From: Ferruginibacter sp.
GTDB lineage: Bacteria; Bacteroidota; Bacteroidia; Chitinophagales; Chitinophagaceae
NCBI GenBank assembly: GCA_025352695.1
Contig: JANXSK010000053.1
Location: 2,998 to 66,997 of the forward strand
Direction of reading: 5' to 3'
Length of the DNA: 64,000 bases
In this document: positions 1 to 10,545 of the stretch, in pieces
Numbering within the stretch: position 1 is the first letter of the stretch
How the letters are laid out: every line of letters starts with the position of its first letter
Notes under the pieces: model-generated
Told to the model about the DNA's origin: nothing
Database searches by the model: none
What the model saw: only the letters and a program-made list of their open reading frames with translations
Program-made: the position numbers and the translations under genes

Positions 1-1
1 A

Positions 2-229
2 ACTAAAAATGCCGAAGCTGTAATAGCTGTAATTATCGGTGTTATTGTAATAATATGGTTTAGTTTTTCGGATAAATTAGGCCCTGAATTATCTTATTTA
101 AAAATCGCACTGCATAAGAATATGATAATCGTTGTAGGCACGTTAACGATTTTTTTAACCGGCCTGCTACTCACTAAAATGAAACATTTTATTAAAAAAA
201 ACAATCAAGTATATTATGATAGAAAATAA
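2..229 (+). CDS. 3' end of a membrane protein gene entering from upstream (partial; possibly a transporter C-terminus)
   Basis: Frame is open from the window edge to TAA at 227-229. The translation contains two hydrophobic helices (AVIAVIIGVIVIIWF, IIVVGTLTIFLTGLLL). It overlaps the next start codon by 14 nt. Confidence 0.45.
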   Translation, partial: TKNAEAVIAVIIGVIVIIWFSFSDKLGPELSYLKIALHKNMIIVVGTLTIFLTGLLLTKMKHFIKKNNQVYYDRK

Positions 230-1196
230 ATTTGTACCCGTAATGATTACGCCTTTTAATTTAAAGGCAAAGGTTGATTTTGATGCCGTTTCAAAATTAA
301 TAGATTTTTATATAGCCGCAGGCGTAAAAGGTTTTTTTGCTAATTGCTTAAGTAGCGAAATGTATAGTTTAACCGAAGATGAGCGACTGGAACTTACTAG
401 TTTTATTGTGAAATATGTGCGTGGCAGGGTTCCCATTGTAGCTACTGGTTCATTTGGTTTAGCCATCGAAGACAAGGCTGTTTTTGCAAAAAAAATATAT
501 GAAACAGGCATAGATGCAGTCATTTTAATTACAGGACATTTTGCCAATATAGAAGATAGTGATGAAATTTTACTGCGAAATTTTAATCAGATGTTAGAAC
601 TTTCTCCGGGAATTCCATTTGGATTATACGAATGCCCAGCACCCTATAAACGCATTCTTACTGCCAATGTTTTTAAAACTTTATTAGATACCGGTAGATT
701 TATTTATCATAAAGACACCTCCATAGATCAAACGCAAGTAAAAGAAAAGCTGACTATTTTAAAAGAAAGTGGCAATACCTCATTTGAATTTTTTGATGCA
801 CATACCCCCAATGCCGCATTCGTACTACGAAATGGAGGAAAGGGAATGAGTGCTATTTCTGGAAACTTTTATCCGGAAATTTTGGTTTGGATGGTTAATA
901 ATGCTGCAAACCCCGCATTGAAAGAACAAGTTGACTGGTTGCAAAAAGAACTAATTGAAGTAGATCCATTAATTCATGTGGCGTATCCAATGAGTGCCAA
1001 ATACTTTTTATCAAAAAGAGGATTGCCTATTCGAACTATCAGTCGTGCACATGCACTGGAATTAACTCCTGCACAAAAAGAAATTCTAAATGAAATTCAT
1101 CAAAAGTTTTTGGGTTGGTGCGATACATTAAAAATTGAAAAAGTAGCAATTGAATCAATTATTGCGCCCAAAGTTTACCAGGACCCTGCAATTTAA
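216..1196 (+). CDS. Dihydrodipicolinate synthase / N-acetylneuraminate lyase family (class I aldolase) protein
   Basis: 326 aa ORF. The N-terminus VPVMITPF...VDFDAVSKLIDFYIAAGVKGFF and the overall length are typical of the DHDPS/NAL family. Confidence 0.8.
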   Translation: MIENKFVPVMITPFNLKAKVDFDAVSKLIDFYIAAGVKGFFANCLSSEMYSLTEDERLELTSFIVKYVRGRVPIVATGSFGLAIEDKAVFAKKIYETGIDAVILITGHFANIEDSDEILLRNFNQMLELSPGIPFGLYECPAPYKRILTANVFKTLLDTGRFIYHKDTSIDQTQVKEKLTILKESGNTSFEFFDAHTPNAAFVLRNGGKGMSAISGNFYPEILVWMVNNAANPALKEQVDWLQKELIEVDPLIHVAYPMSAKYFLSKRGLPIRTISRAHALELTPAQKEILNEIHQKFLGWCDTLKIEKVAIESIIAPKVYQDPAI

Positions 1197-1300
1197 TTAT
1201 TAAACGATGTAAGAGGAATTGCCAGCATACACACAAGGATACTGTTTATGCTGGCAGTATGCAAAAACTATTAAATACAAAAGGGTAATGTACTGAAATA

Positions 1301-2280
1301 TAGGTATATACGTTTAGGTTGCAAGTGACCCTAATCATTATCGCCAATTCTTTTTGTTGTATTCGTTGCCATTTTTTCAATTAGTTTGTGAAACATTGTA
1401 TCCATATTGTTTCTTCTTTTATACCGATAATGATATTCATCTAAATATCCTTGTAGCCGTTCTTTACTACAATGATGATGTATTCCTGGAAGCCATCCTT
1501 TTAAATTCATTATATGAATTGTAAGTCAGAAAAGTTTTTACCATCATTGGATGGAACTTGTTTTAAATTTTTATATTCTTTTTTCAATGGTAAATATCCA
1601 GCCCATTCATCCATTATTACATTTGCTTGCTTTGCTATATAATTTTTAAAAAATGGTTTAAATTCTTCGGCGGACGCAGCTTCTATAATTTGTGCGTAAG
1701 CCCTGCCTGCTCCATTGTTTACTTTTTTCAATGCAACAATAACTAATCGCTTGCTTACCTTGCTACGGACCCATTTCTATTCTTCAGAGCCTCCTATAAA
1801 AAATTCATCTATATTACTTCTCGTGTGAGTAGGTGCTGCTTACTGCTTTGCATAGCCTGTTGTATCTTCCACTTAAACTCCCAACAAGTTGGCTGTCGCA
1901 ATTCAAATTCATAGCTCAATTTCAAAGACGACATCCCTTTTTTCTTTGAGCTGATTTTTAAAACTATATAAAATGCAATCAACAAAGAAAATTTACACTT
2001 GTCAAACATTGTCTCAGCAGTAGAGTTTTGGACATAGCTACATTTTGAACATCTTCTAGAATATAGTTATTTTCCGATACCGTATTTTGTGTATTTGCAT
2101 CGCTTGCACTCAAATGTCTCATCAATCCATTTTATTGATGCTAAATATTCATAACAGTCAGAATCAGATTTAAATTGCCTATTAAATTTTATAGAGTTCA
2201 CACCTACAAACTTAATCTTTTTAGCCATTAGCATAAAATAGGCATTTTATACCAACTTGCGACTTAAGCGTATATACCTA
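1301..2280. mobile_element. Decayed IS1595-family insertion sequence with terminal inverted repeats
   Basis: Left end TAGGTATATACGTTTAGGTTGCAAGT (1301-1326) matches the reverse complement of the right end (2255-2280) at 23 of 26 positions. The ends enclose a broken IS1595-type transposase. Confidence 0.75.
1331..2228 (-). pseudogene. IS1595-family (ISXO2-like) transposase, interrupted by stops and frameshifts
   Basis: Minus-strand pieces are collinear with IS1595 transposases but lie in different frames. They are a zinc-ribbon N-terminus (MAKKIKF...CKRCKYTKYG), then FDKCKFSLLIAFYIV..., then ...IMDEWAGYLPLKKEYKNLKQV, then a C-terminal KERLQGYLDEYHYRYKRRN. Confidence 0.8.
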
Positions 2281-2289
2281 ATAATTTAT

Positions 2290-3531
2290 TCAGGAAGATC
2301 TTCGTGCAGCCGGGTTTCTGCTAAAGTGCATTGGCTTTTTACCATGTCTGGTAGCTGATTCTTTTGGTATAAATGTGGTTGGGGTATAAGCGGGAGCTTC
2401 TCCAAATTGATCTGGTACAATTTCTTTTGGTACAGCTTTGCCCAATAATTTTTCTATAGCAGCAAATTTCCGTTGTTCTTTCACGCTAATGAATGTAATA
2501 GCAGTTCCTTCAGCTGCGGCCCTGGCAGTGCGGCCAATACGATGCACATAGTCTTCTCCATCGTGCGGTACATCATAATTTAATACCAACCCGATATTAT
2601 CAATATCAATTCCCCGGCTTAAAATATCTGTAGCTACCAATATCTGCAGGCGGCCACTTTTAAAATGCATCAATACTTCTTCTCTCTTATCCTGCTCAAG
2701 GTCGCTGTGTATTTCATCAACAGGTAAGCCAGTTTTTTTAAGCTGCCTATTTAATTCTTTTACACTGTTTTTACTACTACAAAAAATTAGTACCGAAGAG
2801 AAAGTTTTTTGTAGTAACAAATATTTTACCAGGGGAATCTTTTGGGTATCGTATACTACGTAGGCAAGCTGCGTAATTTTTTCGTTGGGTTTGCTGATCG
2901 ATATATTTATTTCAGCAGGTTGGTGTAATATTCGCCTGGCCATTTCTCTTATTTTATGCGGCATGGTGGCTGAAAATAAAAGGTTCTGTCTTTTTGCAGG
3001 CAGCGCACCAATTATACGCATAATGTCATCATAAAAGCCCATATCAAGCATACGATCGGCTTCATCTAAAATTAAATATTTTAATCCCTGAAATTTTACA
3101 TATCCCATATTTATGTGGGCCAACATTTTACCTGGTGTACATATAACTACATCTGCACCTACACTTAGTGCTTTTTTTTCCTGAATAAAAGCATTCCCAT
3201 CGCCTCCTCCATAAACTGCTATAGAACTTACAGAAGTAAAATAACTTAACCCTTCCATATGCTGTGCTATTTGTATGGCCAACTCCCTTGTTGGTACAAT
3301 AACTAACGCTGTAATACTGTGGTGGTTGAGTGGACTTGAAAGTATATTATTTATAAGAGGTAATAAAAAAGCTGCTGTTTTGCCGGTACCTGTTTGTGCC
3401 GAAGCAATTACATCCTTCCCTGCTAAAACCAGTGGAATTACTTGTTCCTGAACTGGCGTTGCTTCATTGTATCCTGAGGCTTCAATGCCTTCAATTAATC
3501 TTTCATCAAAACCAAAATCTGTAAACTTCAA
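2290..3531 (-). CDS. rhlE: DEAD-box ATP-dependent RNA helicase (RhlE-like)
   Basis: Motifs AQTGTGKT, LILDEADRMLDMGF, SAT and HRIGRTARAA, followed by a basic C-terminal tail. Confidence 0.92.
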   Translation of the reverse strand: MKFTDFGFDERLIEGIEASGYNEATPVQEQVIPLVLAGKDVIASAQTGTGKTAAFLLPLINNILSSPLNHHSITALVIVPTRELAIQIAQHMEGLSYFTSVSSIAVYGGGDGNAFIQEKKALSVGADVVICTPGKMLAHINMGYVKFQGLKYLILDEADRMLDMGFYDDIMRIIGALPAKRQNLLFSATMPHKIREMARRILHQPAEINISISKPNEKITQLAYVVYDTQKIPLVKYLLLQKTFSSVLIFCSSKNSVKELNRQLKKTGLPVDEIHSDLEQDKREEVLMHFKSGRLQILVATDILSRGIDIDNIGLVLNYDVPHDGEDYVHRIGRTARAAAEGTAITFISVKEQRKFAAIEKLLGKAVPKEIVPDQFGEAPAYTPTTFIPKESATRHGKKPMHFSRNPAARRSS

Positions 3532-3587
3532 AATAAGTGTGGGTAATTAAATTTATAATGGTATTTATTAAAGCTAAACAATTTTAC

Positions 3588-3959
3588 TTATTCAGCTTCA
3601 ATAATTGCATCAACTTCTGATACAACTTCTGTTACAATTGGCTGAGGGGTGGTGTTTTTTATTGTAATCTGAAATTTAGTATTTAATGTTACCTCAAACT
3701 GTCCAGTTAATAAAACAACTTTTGTAGCTGCATCTTCTAACATAGCACTGGCCAGGTGGCTGGCAAGGTCTGATCCACTGATTACATTGCTAACTTTACC
3801 GTCAGTAAAAACAATAATAAATTTGTAGCCTGCTTTTCTGCCAGTACCAGCTCTCTCAAAATCTTCCCTGTTAAGGCTAAGCAATTGATCTCCGGTGGCA
3901 GATTTTTTTAATAAAATTCTAATTACCGGTAAATATTTATTCCAAATATAAGTATACAT
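3588..3959 (-). CDS. Hypothetical protein, 123 aa
   Basis: Clean ORF with no competing frame, immediately downstream of the helicase gene on the same strand. I recognise no motif. Confidence 0.55.
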   Translation of the reverse strand: MYTYIWNKYLPVIRILLKKSATGDQLLSLNREDFERAGTGRKAGYKFIIVFTDGKVSNVISGSDLASHLASAMLEDAATKVVLLTGQFEVTLNTKFQITIKNTTPQPIVTEVVSEVDAIIEAE

Positions 3960-4310
3960 ATAAAAAAATTTAGTTATTGCTATTCTCTTAACGTTGCTAA
4001 AAATTAATAAGGCGTATAAAGATAGTCTTTATGGATGGATATTGTTGTTTTGATTTGTTAGAAATTAAAAACCATACTTGTTTGAGGCTATAAATAACTG
4101 AACCTATTTAAAAAGCAGATCAGTAATAATTATAAAATATTATAATGTTTTTTTATCCAATAACGATCCTTCAATAAACAAAAAAGGAAGTTTTTTTTTA
4201 ATTTGACAGAAAAAATAACCTGCTAATGATTTTTTGCCATAAATTTAAAAGCTAAAAAAGTAGCAGTTATAATAATGTACTTACAACAACAAAAGCCATA
4301 AATTTTTCTT

Positions 4311-6140
4311 ATGATTAAAGTTCCGGTTACATACAGCTGTATGTTAAAAACAATCAACATTTTTATTAGTGTTTTATGCTGTCAATACCTAGTAGCACAA
4401 AAACAACTTGATCTCAGTAGCTTATCAGATTTTAAAAATGCAGGTGCCAACTGGCATATTGCCGGTGATGTTAATGCAGATCTCTATAAAGAGGATACCC
4501 TCATTTTCAGTAATGGAAAAGGAATTCTGGTTAATGTACCAAACAAGGATGCAAGAAATGATCTGTTTACAATTTTCAAGCATGGCGATCTGGATATAGA
4601 ACTGGATTATATGATGGCCAAGGGATCTAACAGTGGTATTTATTTACAAGGCAGATATGAAATTCAGTTACTGGATAGCTGGGGTGTACTAAACCCCCGT
4701 TCAGGTGATAATGGAGGCATTTACGAACGTTGGGATGACAGTAAACCCGAAGGCCAAAAAGGATATGCAGGAATTGCCCCACGACAAAATGTAAGTAGCG
4801 CTCCGGGTCTGTGGCAACATTTAAAAATAGCTTTTCAGGCTCCCCGTTTTGAAGGCGGCATTAAAACTCAAAATGCCAAAATACTAAAGGTAGAATTGAA
4901 CGGCATACTAATTCAGGAAAATGTTTCTATGGCAGGTCCTACTAGAGGAACTGTTAACAATAATGAAGTTTCAACAGATGCATTGCGGATACAGGGAGAC
5001 CATGGTGCCGTAGCTTTTAGAAATATTATTGTAAGTAATTATGATAAAATAAAACCATCCCTGTCAGGCATTGCATTGACTATTTATAAAGGAAAATTTC
5101 AAAATGAGCCTGACTACAAAACTATTAAAGCAATTACACAAAAAAACCTTCCTACTATTACTACAAATATTGCCGGCTTACCAGATAATGAATACCTTAT
5201 CCGATACACAGGAACGATAAATGTAAACGAACCCGGAGAATATAATTTCAACACTTATACTGCCGGAGGAAGCGGTATAGTAAAAATAAACAATGCACCT
5301 GTAATTGTATTAAATAACAATAAAGGCTCTGTTAATTTACAACAAGGAGATTGGCCTTTTGAGCTAATTTATACAAAGTATGTTGACTGGGCAAAATCTT
5401 CGCTGTCACTAAACATTAGTGGTCCGGGAATTAGAGAATTTACTATCAGCGATGTTACTAGTATTTCAGCCACCAACGAAGCAGATCCAGTGCTGATAAA
5501 TGCTACTGAAAATTCTATCCTGCGTAGTTTTGTAGACCTGCCTGTTGGTGGTCGAGTTGTGCATGGGGTAAACGTTGGAAGCCCAGAAAAAATTCATTAC
5601 ACATACGATATGGATAAGGGTATGGTGGTTCAATTGTGGCGGGGTAATTTTTTAGATGCCACGCCTATGTGGCACGAAAGGGGTGATGGATCATCAAAAG
5701 CTGCAGGAGCTGCTCTTTATTTTGGTAAGCCAATGTTATCTATTGAAAAATTAGCCGATACAAATGCAGCTTGGGCTGCTGACACAATAGGAACGGGCTA
5801 CCGCCCAAATGGCTATGTGCTGGATGAAAAAGACAGACCTACTTTTAAATATACTATTTATGGAGCAACAGTTTCAGATATGACAAGGGTATCCGAAAAC
5901 GGGCAGGGAATACAAAGAGAAATAACTATACTGAATGGTATACCAAATCTTTATGTACGTGTAGCAGGTGCAAATTCAATTACAGAAATTTCAAAAGGCT
6001 TGTACCTAATTAATGATAAATCCTATTATTTAAAGATGGACAATTCAAGTGATCCCAAACCTTTAATACGTGAACAAGATGGACAAAAGGAACTGCTAAT
6101 TCCCATTCAAAATAAATTAAGCTACGCTATTCTTTTTTAA
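4311..6140 (+). CDS. Secreted DUF1080 (3-keto-disaccharide hydrolase-like) domain protein with a PA14-like middle domain
   Basis: Signal-like N-terminus (an alternative start at 4341 gives MLKTINIFISVLCC). The block HGDLDIELDYMMAKGSNSGIYLQGRYEIQLLDSWG is typical of DUF1080. LTIYKGKFQNEPDY...YLIRYTGTINV resembles PA14. Confidence 0.75.
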   Translation: MIKVPVTYSCMLKTINIFISVLCCQYLVAQKQLDLSSLSDFKNAGANWHIAGDVNADLYKEDTLIFSNGKGILVNVPNKDARNDLFTIFKHGDLDIELDYMMAKGSNSGIYLQGRYEIQLLDSWGVLNPRSGDNGGIYERWDDSKPEGQKGYAGIAPRQNVSSAPGLWQHLKIAFQAPRFEGGIKTQNAKILKVELNGILIQENVSMAGPTRGTVNNNEVSTDALRIQGDHGAVAFRNIIVSNYDKIKPSLSGIALTIYKGKFQNEPDYKTIKAITQKNLPTITTNIAGLPDNEYLIRYTGTINVNEPGEYNFNTYTAGGSGIVKINNAPVIVLNNNKGSVNLQQGDWPFELIYTKYVDWAKSSLSLNISGPGIREFTISDVTSISATNEADPVLINATENSILRSFVDLPVGGRVVHGVNVGSPEKIHYTYDMDKGMVVQLWRGNFLDATPMWHERGDGSSKAAGAALYFGKPMLSIEKLADTNAAWAADTIGTGYRPNGYVLDEKDRPTFKYTIYGATVSDMTRVSENGQGIQREITILNGIPNLYVRVAGANSITEISKGLYLINDKSYYLKMDNSSDPKPLIREQDGQKELLIPIQNKLSYAILF

Positions 6141-6156
6141 TCAACACTACATTTTT

Positions 6157-8076
6157 ATGAAATTATATACATCAACAATAACAAACAGGCTTTGTAAATA
6201 TTTTATCTTTTGTTTTGCTGCAATTTTTAATTTTCAAGCAGTATTACTTGCACAGGAGGCAGCCAAAGAGGAAGATTTTTTTAAGATTAATAAAGTGCGT
6301 TCACCCGAAGGAACTTTATTGGAAGTTGGTGGTCTTTGCACCTTACCCAATGGAGACCTTGCCGTAACCACCCGAAGAGGTGATGTTTTTATAGTTGAAA
6401 ATCCTACAAGTGCCAAACCTTATTTTAGAAAATTTGCTTCAGGTTTACACGAAGTTTTGGGAGTGGCATATAAAAATGGATCGCTGTATGTGGCCCAACG
6501 CGGTGAGCTTACAAGGCTATTTGATTCAAACATGGATGGCAAGGCAGATATTTTTGAAACAATATACGCCTGGCCCATTTCAGGCAATTATCACGAGTAC
6601 AGCTTTGGGCCAAAGCTAGCACCTGATGGCTCCTTTTTTGTTACCCTCAATCTTGGTTTTCCTGAGGCTTGGTGGCATCCCGAAAGTTTTGTTCCCTGGA
6701 GAGGTTGGGCACTGCATATTTATGAAGATGGCAGAATGGAACCCTGGGCGGCTGGTATGCGTTCTCCCTGCGGACTCAGCATGATTGATGGTGAATTATT
6801 TTATACTGATAACCAGGGCGACTGGGTAGGATCCGGTAGTATTATGCCAATAAAAAAAGGAGCGTTCATGGGGCATCCAGCTAGTTTGGTTTGGACCAAT
6901 CAACCGAACTCTCCCTTAAAATTAACACAGCAACAAATTTTTTCAAAAATAAATCCACGCATTGAATTCGGCCCGGATAGCCAGCAGGTAAAACCTGAAA
7001 ACAAAGTGAATGAAAAATTTCTGACTGAGTTTGAAATGAAAAAATTTATCCCTGAATTACAGATACCGGCAGTATGGTTGCCACATGGAATTTTGGGCAT
7101 CTCTACTTCAGAAATCGTTAAAATACCCAATGGAGTATTTGGACCTTTTGAAGGCCAGCTATTGGTAGGCGACCAGGGACAAAGCAAAATTGCCAGGGTA
7201 TTTATGGAAAAAGTAAATGGTGAGTTACAAGGCTGTGCATGGGATTTCAGAAGCGGATTTCAATCGGGCATTGTTCGTATGGCATGGGGCACAGATGGCT
7301 CTTTATTTGTAGGCGAAACCAACCGTGGGTGGGGTTCTGCAGGCGATGCCAACGAAGGTTTACAACGCCTTACCTGGAACAACCGTTTGCCTTTTGAAAT
7401 GAGAACCGTAAAGGCGATGCCTGATGGTTTTGAAATAGAATTTACTAAACCCATTGATAAGAAATATGCAGAAGACCTGGCCAGTTATGATATAGAAAGC
7501 TATATTTATAAATACCATGGCGTATACGGCAGTCCGCCAGTAAATAGCCAGAAATGCCCGGTAAAAGGAGTTAAGGTTTCTGAGGACAGGCTTAAGGTAA
7601 GGCTAATTGTAGCTAACCTAAGGCAGTATTATATTCACACCATAAAATTGGATGGAATAAGAGATAAAGAAAATACCTATTCCCTCGTTCATCCAACAGG
7701 ATATTATACGCTTAACAATATTCCCGAAGGTGCTAAATTATCTATGGCAATGGTCAGTACAAAAAATACTGCCAAAGCAGTTGCTCTAAAAACTACTGCT
7801 TCTACCGGTACCCTCACTTACGAAAAGATAAAACCATTACTTACAAAATATACCTGTATCGCTTGTCACAACCCAAATAAAAAACAAGTAGGGCCGGGCT
7901 TTATTGATGTTGCCAAAAGAAACTATTCCATCGATAAAATATTACAGCTAATAAAAAATCCACAGCCATCAAACTGGCCCGATTATGCAACCCCGATGGC
8001 TCCTATGCCGCAAGTACCAGCAACTGATGCCAGAAAAATTGCCGCATGGATTAATTCGTTGTCGGTTAAAAAATAA
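6157..8076 (+). CDS. Dehydrogenase-like beta-propeller protein with a C-terminal c-type cytochrome domain
   Basis: 639 aa with a signal-like N-terminus. One CxxCH haem motif (CIACHN) lies ~70 aa from the C-terminus. It starts 16 nt after the DUF1080 gene, so the two are probably co-transcribed. Confidence 0.7.
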   Translation: MKLYTSTITNRLCKYFIFCFAAIFNFQAVLLAQEAAKEEDFFKINKVRSPEGTLLEVGGLCTLPNGDLAVTTRRGDVFIVENPTSAKPYFRKFASGLHEVLGVAYKNGSLYVAQRGELTRLFDSNMDGKADIFETIYAWPISGNYHEYSFGPKLAPDGSFFVTLNLGFPEAWWHPESFVPWRGWALHIYEDGRMEPWAAGMRSPCGLSMIDGELFYTDNQGDWVGSGSIMPIKKGAFMGHPASLVWTNQPNSPLKLTQQQIFSKINPRIEFGPDSQQVKPENKVNEKFLTEFEMKKFIPELQIPAVWLPHGILGISTSEIVKIPNGVFGPFEGQLLVGDQGQSKIARVFMEKVNGELQGCAWDFRSGFQSGIVRMAWGTDGSLFVGETNRGWGSAGDANEGLQRLTWNNRLPFEMRTVKAMPDGFEIEFTKPIDKKYAEDLASYDIESYIYKYHGVYGSPPVNSQKCPVKGVKVSEDRLKVRLIVANLRQYYIHTIKLDGIRDKENTYSLVHPTGYYTLNNIPEGAKLSMAMVSTKNTAKAVALKTTASTGTLTYEKIKPLLTKYTCIACHNPNKKQVGPGFIDVAKRNYSIDKILQLIKNPQPSNWPDYATPMAPMPQVPATDARKIAAWINSLSVKK

Positions 8077-8087
8077 ACAGCATTATT

Positions 8088-8117
8088 AAAGGGCAACAAT
8101 TTGTATTGTTGCCCTTT
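8088..8117 (+). terminator. Hairpin downstream of the cytochrome c gene
   Basis: AAAGGGCAACAAT-TTGT-ATTGTTGCCCTTT, a perfect 13 bp stem starting 12 nt after the stop codon. There is no long T-run. Confidence 0.55.
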
Positions 8118-8453
8118 AATATCATTAATCATGTATTAATTATCGTAGTAAAATAATAATCACTCTTCTGAAATAAAGCAGAAAATCTGGTAAATTTTTA
8201 AGTATCCGTTTGTAGGTTGTATCTCAGATCAAAAATAAGTTGCAATAAAAAATTATCTATAAAGATTTGACCCTAAACTATCCTACGCTACAATTATTAA
8301 TACTACATTAGCAAAACAAATCAATTGTATGCCTTTACAAACCTCAACAAGCATCCCCTTTTATACTTATGGCTGCAAAGCTTTTTTTGCTACTACCAAA
8401 GAGTAACAACCCTTTTTATTAATCATACTTACCAATATAAAATTCACGATTGC

Positions 8454-9950
8454 ATGCAACAATATATTCTCGCCTTAGACCAAGGTACCACAAGTTCAAG
8501 AGCCATAATATTTGACAAGAAAGGTTCAATTGTTTCATCGGCACAGAAAGAGTTTACCCAGTTTTTTCCGCAGTCTGGCTGGGTAGAACATGATGCCAAT
8601 GAAATATGGAGTACACAATTTGGCGTAGCTGCAGAAGCCATCAGCAAGGCTGGTTTATCCGCAGAAAACATTGCAGCCATTGGCATTACCAATCAACGAG
8701 AAACAACCGTAGTGTGGGATAGACATACTGGTGTACCGGTGTACAAGGCAATAGTTTGGCAAGATAAAAGAACTGCTGCTTTCTGTGATGAATTAAAGGC
8801 TAAAGGCCTTGATAAAAAGATTCAGCAAAAAACCGGACTGGTAGTAGATGCCTATTTTTCTGCCACTAAAGTAAAATGGATTTTAGATAATGTAGATGGC
8901 GCAAGGGAAAAAGCCAATAAAGGGGAATTGTGTTTTGGCACCATTGATACCTGGCTGTTGTGGAACCTTACAAAAGGGCAGGTACATGCCACAGATGTTT
9001 CCAATGCTTCCCGTACCATGATGTGTAATATACATACGCTGCAATGGGATAGCGAGCTACAGGATATATTTGGTATCCCTGGTAATATGTTGCCGCAAAT
9101 ACGCAGTAGCAGCGAAGTGTACGGACATACACAAAATATTTTATCGGCGCACAACATCCCCATCGCTGGCATAGCAGGCGATCAGCAAGCTGCTTTATTT
9201 GGACAAATGTGTACACTACCAGGCATGGTAAAAAATACTTACGGCACCGGTTGTTTTATGCTGATGAATACAGGAGAAAAACCAGTAACATCTACCAATA
9301 ATTTATTAACCACTGTTGCGTGGAAAGTAAATGGCATTACCCATTATGCGCTTGAAGGCAGTGTATTTATTGCAGGTGCTATCATTCAATGGTTAAGAGA
9401 TAGTCTTGGTATTATTAAAACTTCTGCTGAAGTAGAATTATTGGCTGCAAAGGTAAAAGATAGCGAAGGGGTATATGTTGTACCGGCCTTTGCAGGCTTA
9501 GGCGCACCACACTGGAACCAGCATGTCAGGGGAATTATTACCGGACTTACAAGAGGATCCAGTGCAGCACACATTGCCCGTGCTGCATTAGATAGTATTG
9601 CCTATCAAACAATGGATCTATTAAAAGCCATGGAAGCAGATTCTGGTATCAGCATTAAAGAACTAAGAGTTGATGGCGGCGCCACAGTAAATAATTTATT
9701 GATGCAGTTTCAAAGCGACATCCTGAATACTACTGTAGTTAGACCTGTTATTACCGAAACTACCGCATTGGGAGCAGCCTATCTTGCTGGCCTTGCAGTT
9801 GGTTACTGGCCAAATATGGAAGCTATACAAGATCAATGGCAGGTGGATAAAAAATTCAACGCTGCAATGGAGGAAGAAGAAAGAAATAAATTAACCAAAC
9901 AATGGCAACGATCTGTAAAAACGGCTAAGGCATGGGCAGAGGACGAATAA
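8454..9950 (+). CDS. glpK: Glycerol kinase
   Basis: [21 protein letters not shown]... is the canonical GlpK N-terminus, and the length is about 498 aa. The ORF-track start at 8325 adds 43 non-homologous residues. Confidence 0.95.
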   Translation: MQQYILALDQGTTSSRAIIFDKKGSIVSSAQKEFTQFFPQSGWVEHDANEIWSTQFGVAAEAISKAGLSAENIAAIGITNQRETTVVWDRHTGVPVYKAIVWQDKRTAAFCDELKAKGLDKKIQQKTGLVVDAYFSATKVKWILDNVDGAREKANKGELCFGTIDTWLLWNLTKGQVHATDVSNASRTMMCNIHTLQWDSELQDIFGIPGNMLPQIRSSSEVYGHTQNILSAHNIPIAGIAGDQQAALFGQMCTLPGMVKNTYGTGCFMLMNTGEKPVTSTNNLLTTVAWKVNGITHYALEGSVFIAGAIIQWLRDSLGIIKTSAEVELLAAKVKDSEGVYVVPAFAGLGAPHWNQHVRGIITGLTRGSSAAHIARAALDSIAYQTMDLLKAMEADSGISIKELRVDGGATVNNLLMQFQSDILNTTVVRPVITETTALGAAYLAGLAVGYWPNMEAIQDQWQVDKKFNAAMEEEERNKLTKQWQRSVKTAKAWAEDE

Positions 9951-10079
9951 GATAGTGAATGAATATTTATTTCCAAAAAAAATATTGCCTGTTTTTTTTA
10001 TGAGAATCTTATTATTAAACTTTATATAAACAAGGTAAACGAAAACTGATTAGATCAGATAAATTTTGAAACTTTCATT

Positions 10080-10268
10080 ATGACTCTATTATTAGGAATG
10101 CCAGGTAGCTCGGAATGGATTTTTATCATCATTGCGCTATTAACTTTATTAATTATGCCGATAGTTGTAATTATTCTATATATAAAAAATCGAGCAGTAA
10201 AAAGACAGGTAAAAATATTAACAGATGAAAAAAACAGTTTACTTACGAGACTATTAGACAAAAAATAG
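10080..10268 (+). CDS. Possible small single-pass membrane protein, 62 aa
   Basis: One hydrophobic helix (WIFIIIALLTLLIMPIVVIILYI) followed by a basic, coiled tail. It lies between glpK and glpD, and an equally long antisense ORF overlaps it. Confidence 0.3.
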   Translation: MTLLLGMPGSSEWIFIIIALLTLLIMPIVVIILYIKNRAVKRQVKILTDEKNSLLTRLLDKK

Positions 10269-10545
10269 ACAACAGTAGGTTTCTTTTAGAGAGGAACAAA
10301 CTAATGCATAAAACCAGGCAATAAGGCTTTATCAAAATAAGGGTATCACATTGTAATTAATGCTTTAGTTAGCCATTAGTATTAATTTAAATCCAGGCTC
10401 TTTCCAAGAAACTTTTAGGTAATTTCATAATCATATTTAAGTAAAAAAAGCAAAAAAATAACAGCAGTCTAATTAATTAAATAAATCATAGTTTTTAAAG
10501 ATGTTACCAATCTTTTTTTAAATATAACCAGTAGACTATATAAAC

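Noticed and set aside
1220-1256. Hairpin TGCCAGCATA-N17-TATGCTGGCA as the terminator of the DHDPS-family gene
   Set aside because: The 10 bp stem is real, but the loop is long and no T-run follows. It is left uncalled because it may equally be IS-flanking sequence.
8325-8453. A 43-codon N-terminal extension of glpK given by the ORF track
   Set aside because: The canonical GlpK N-terminus ([16 protein letters not shown]) starts at 8454. The upstream residues are low-complexity and not GlpK-like.
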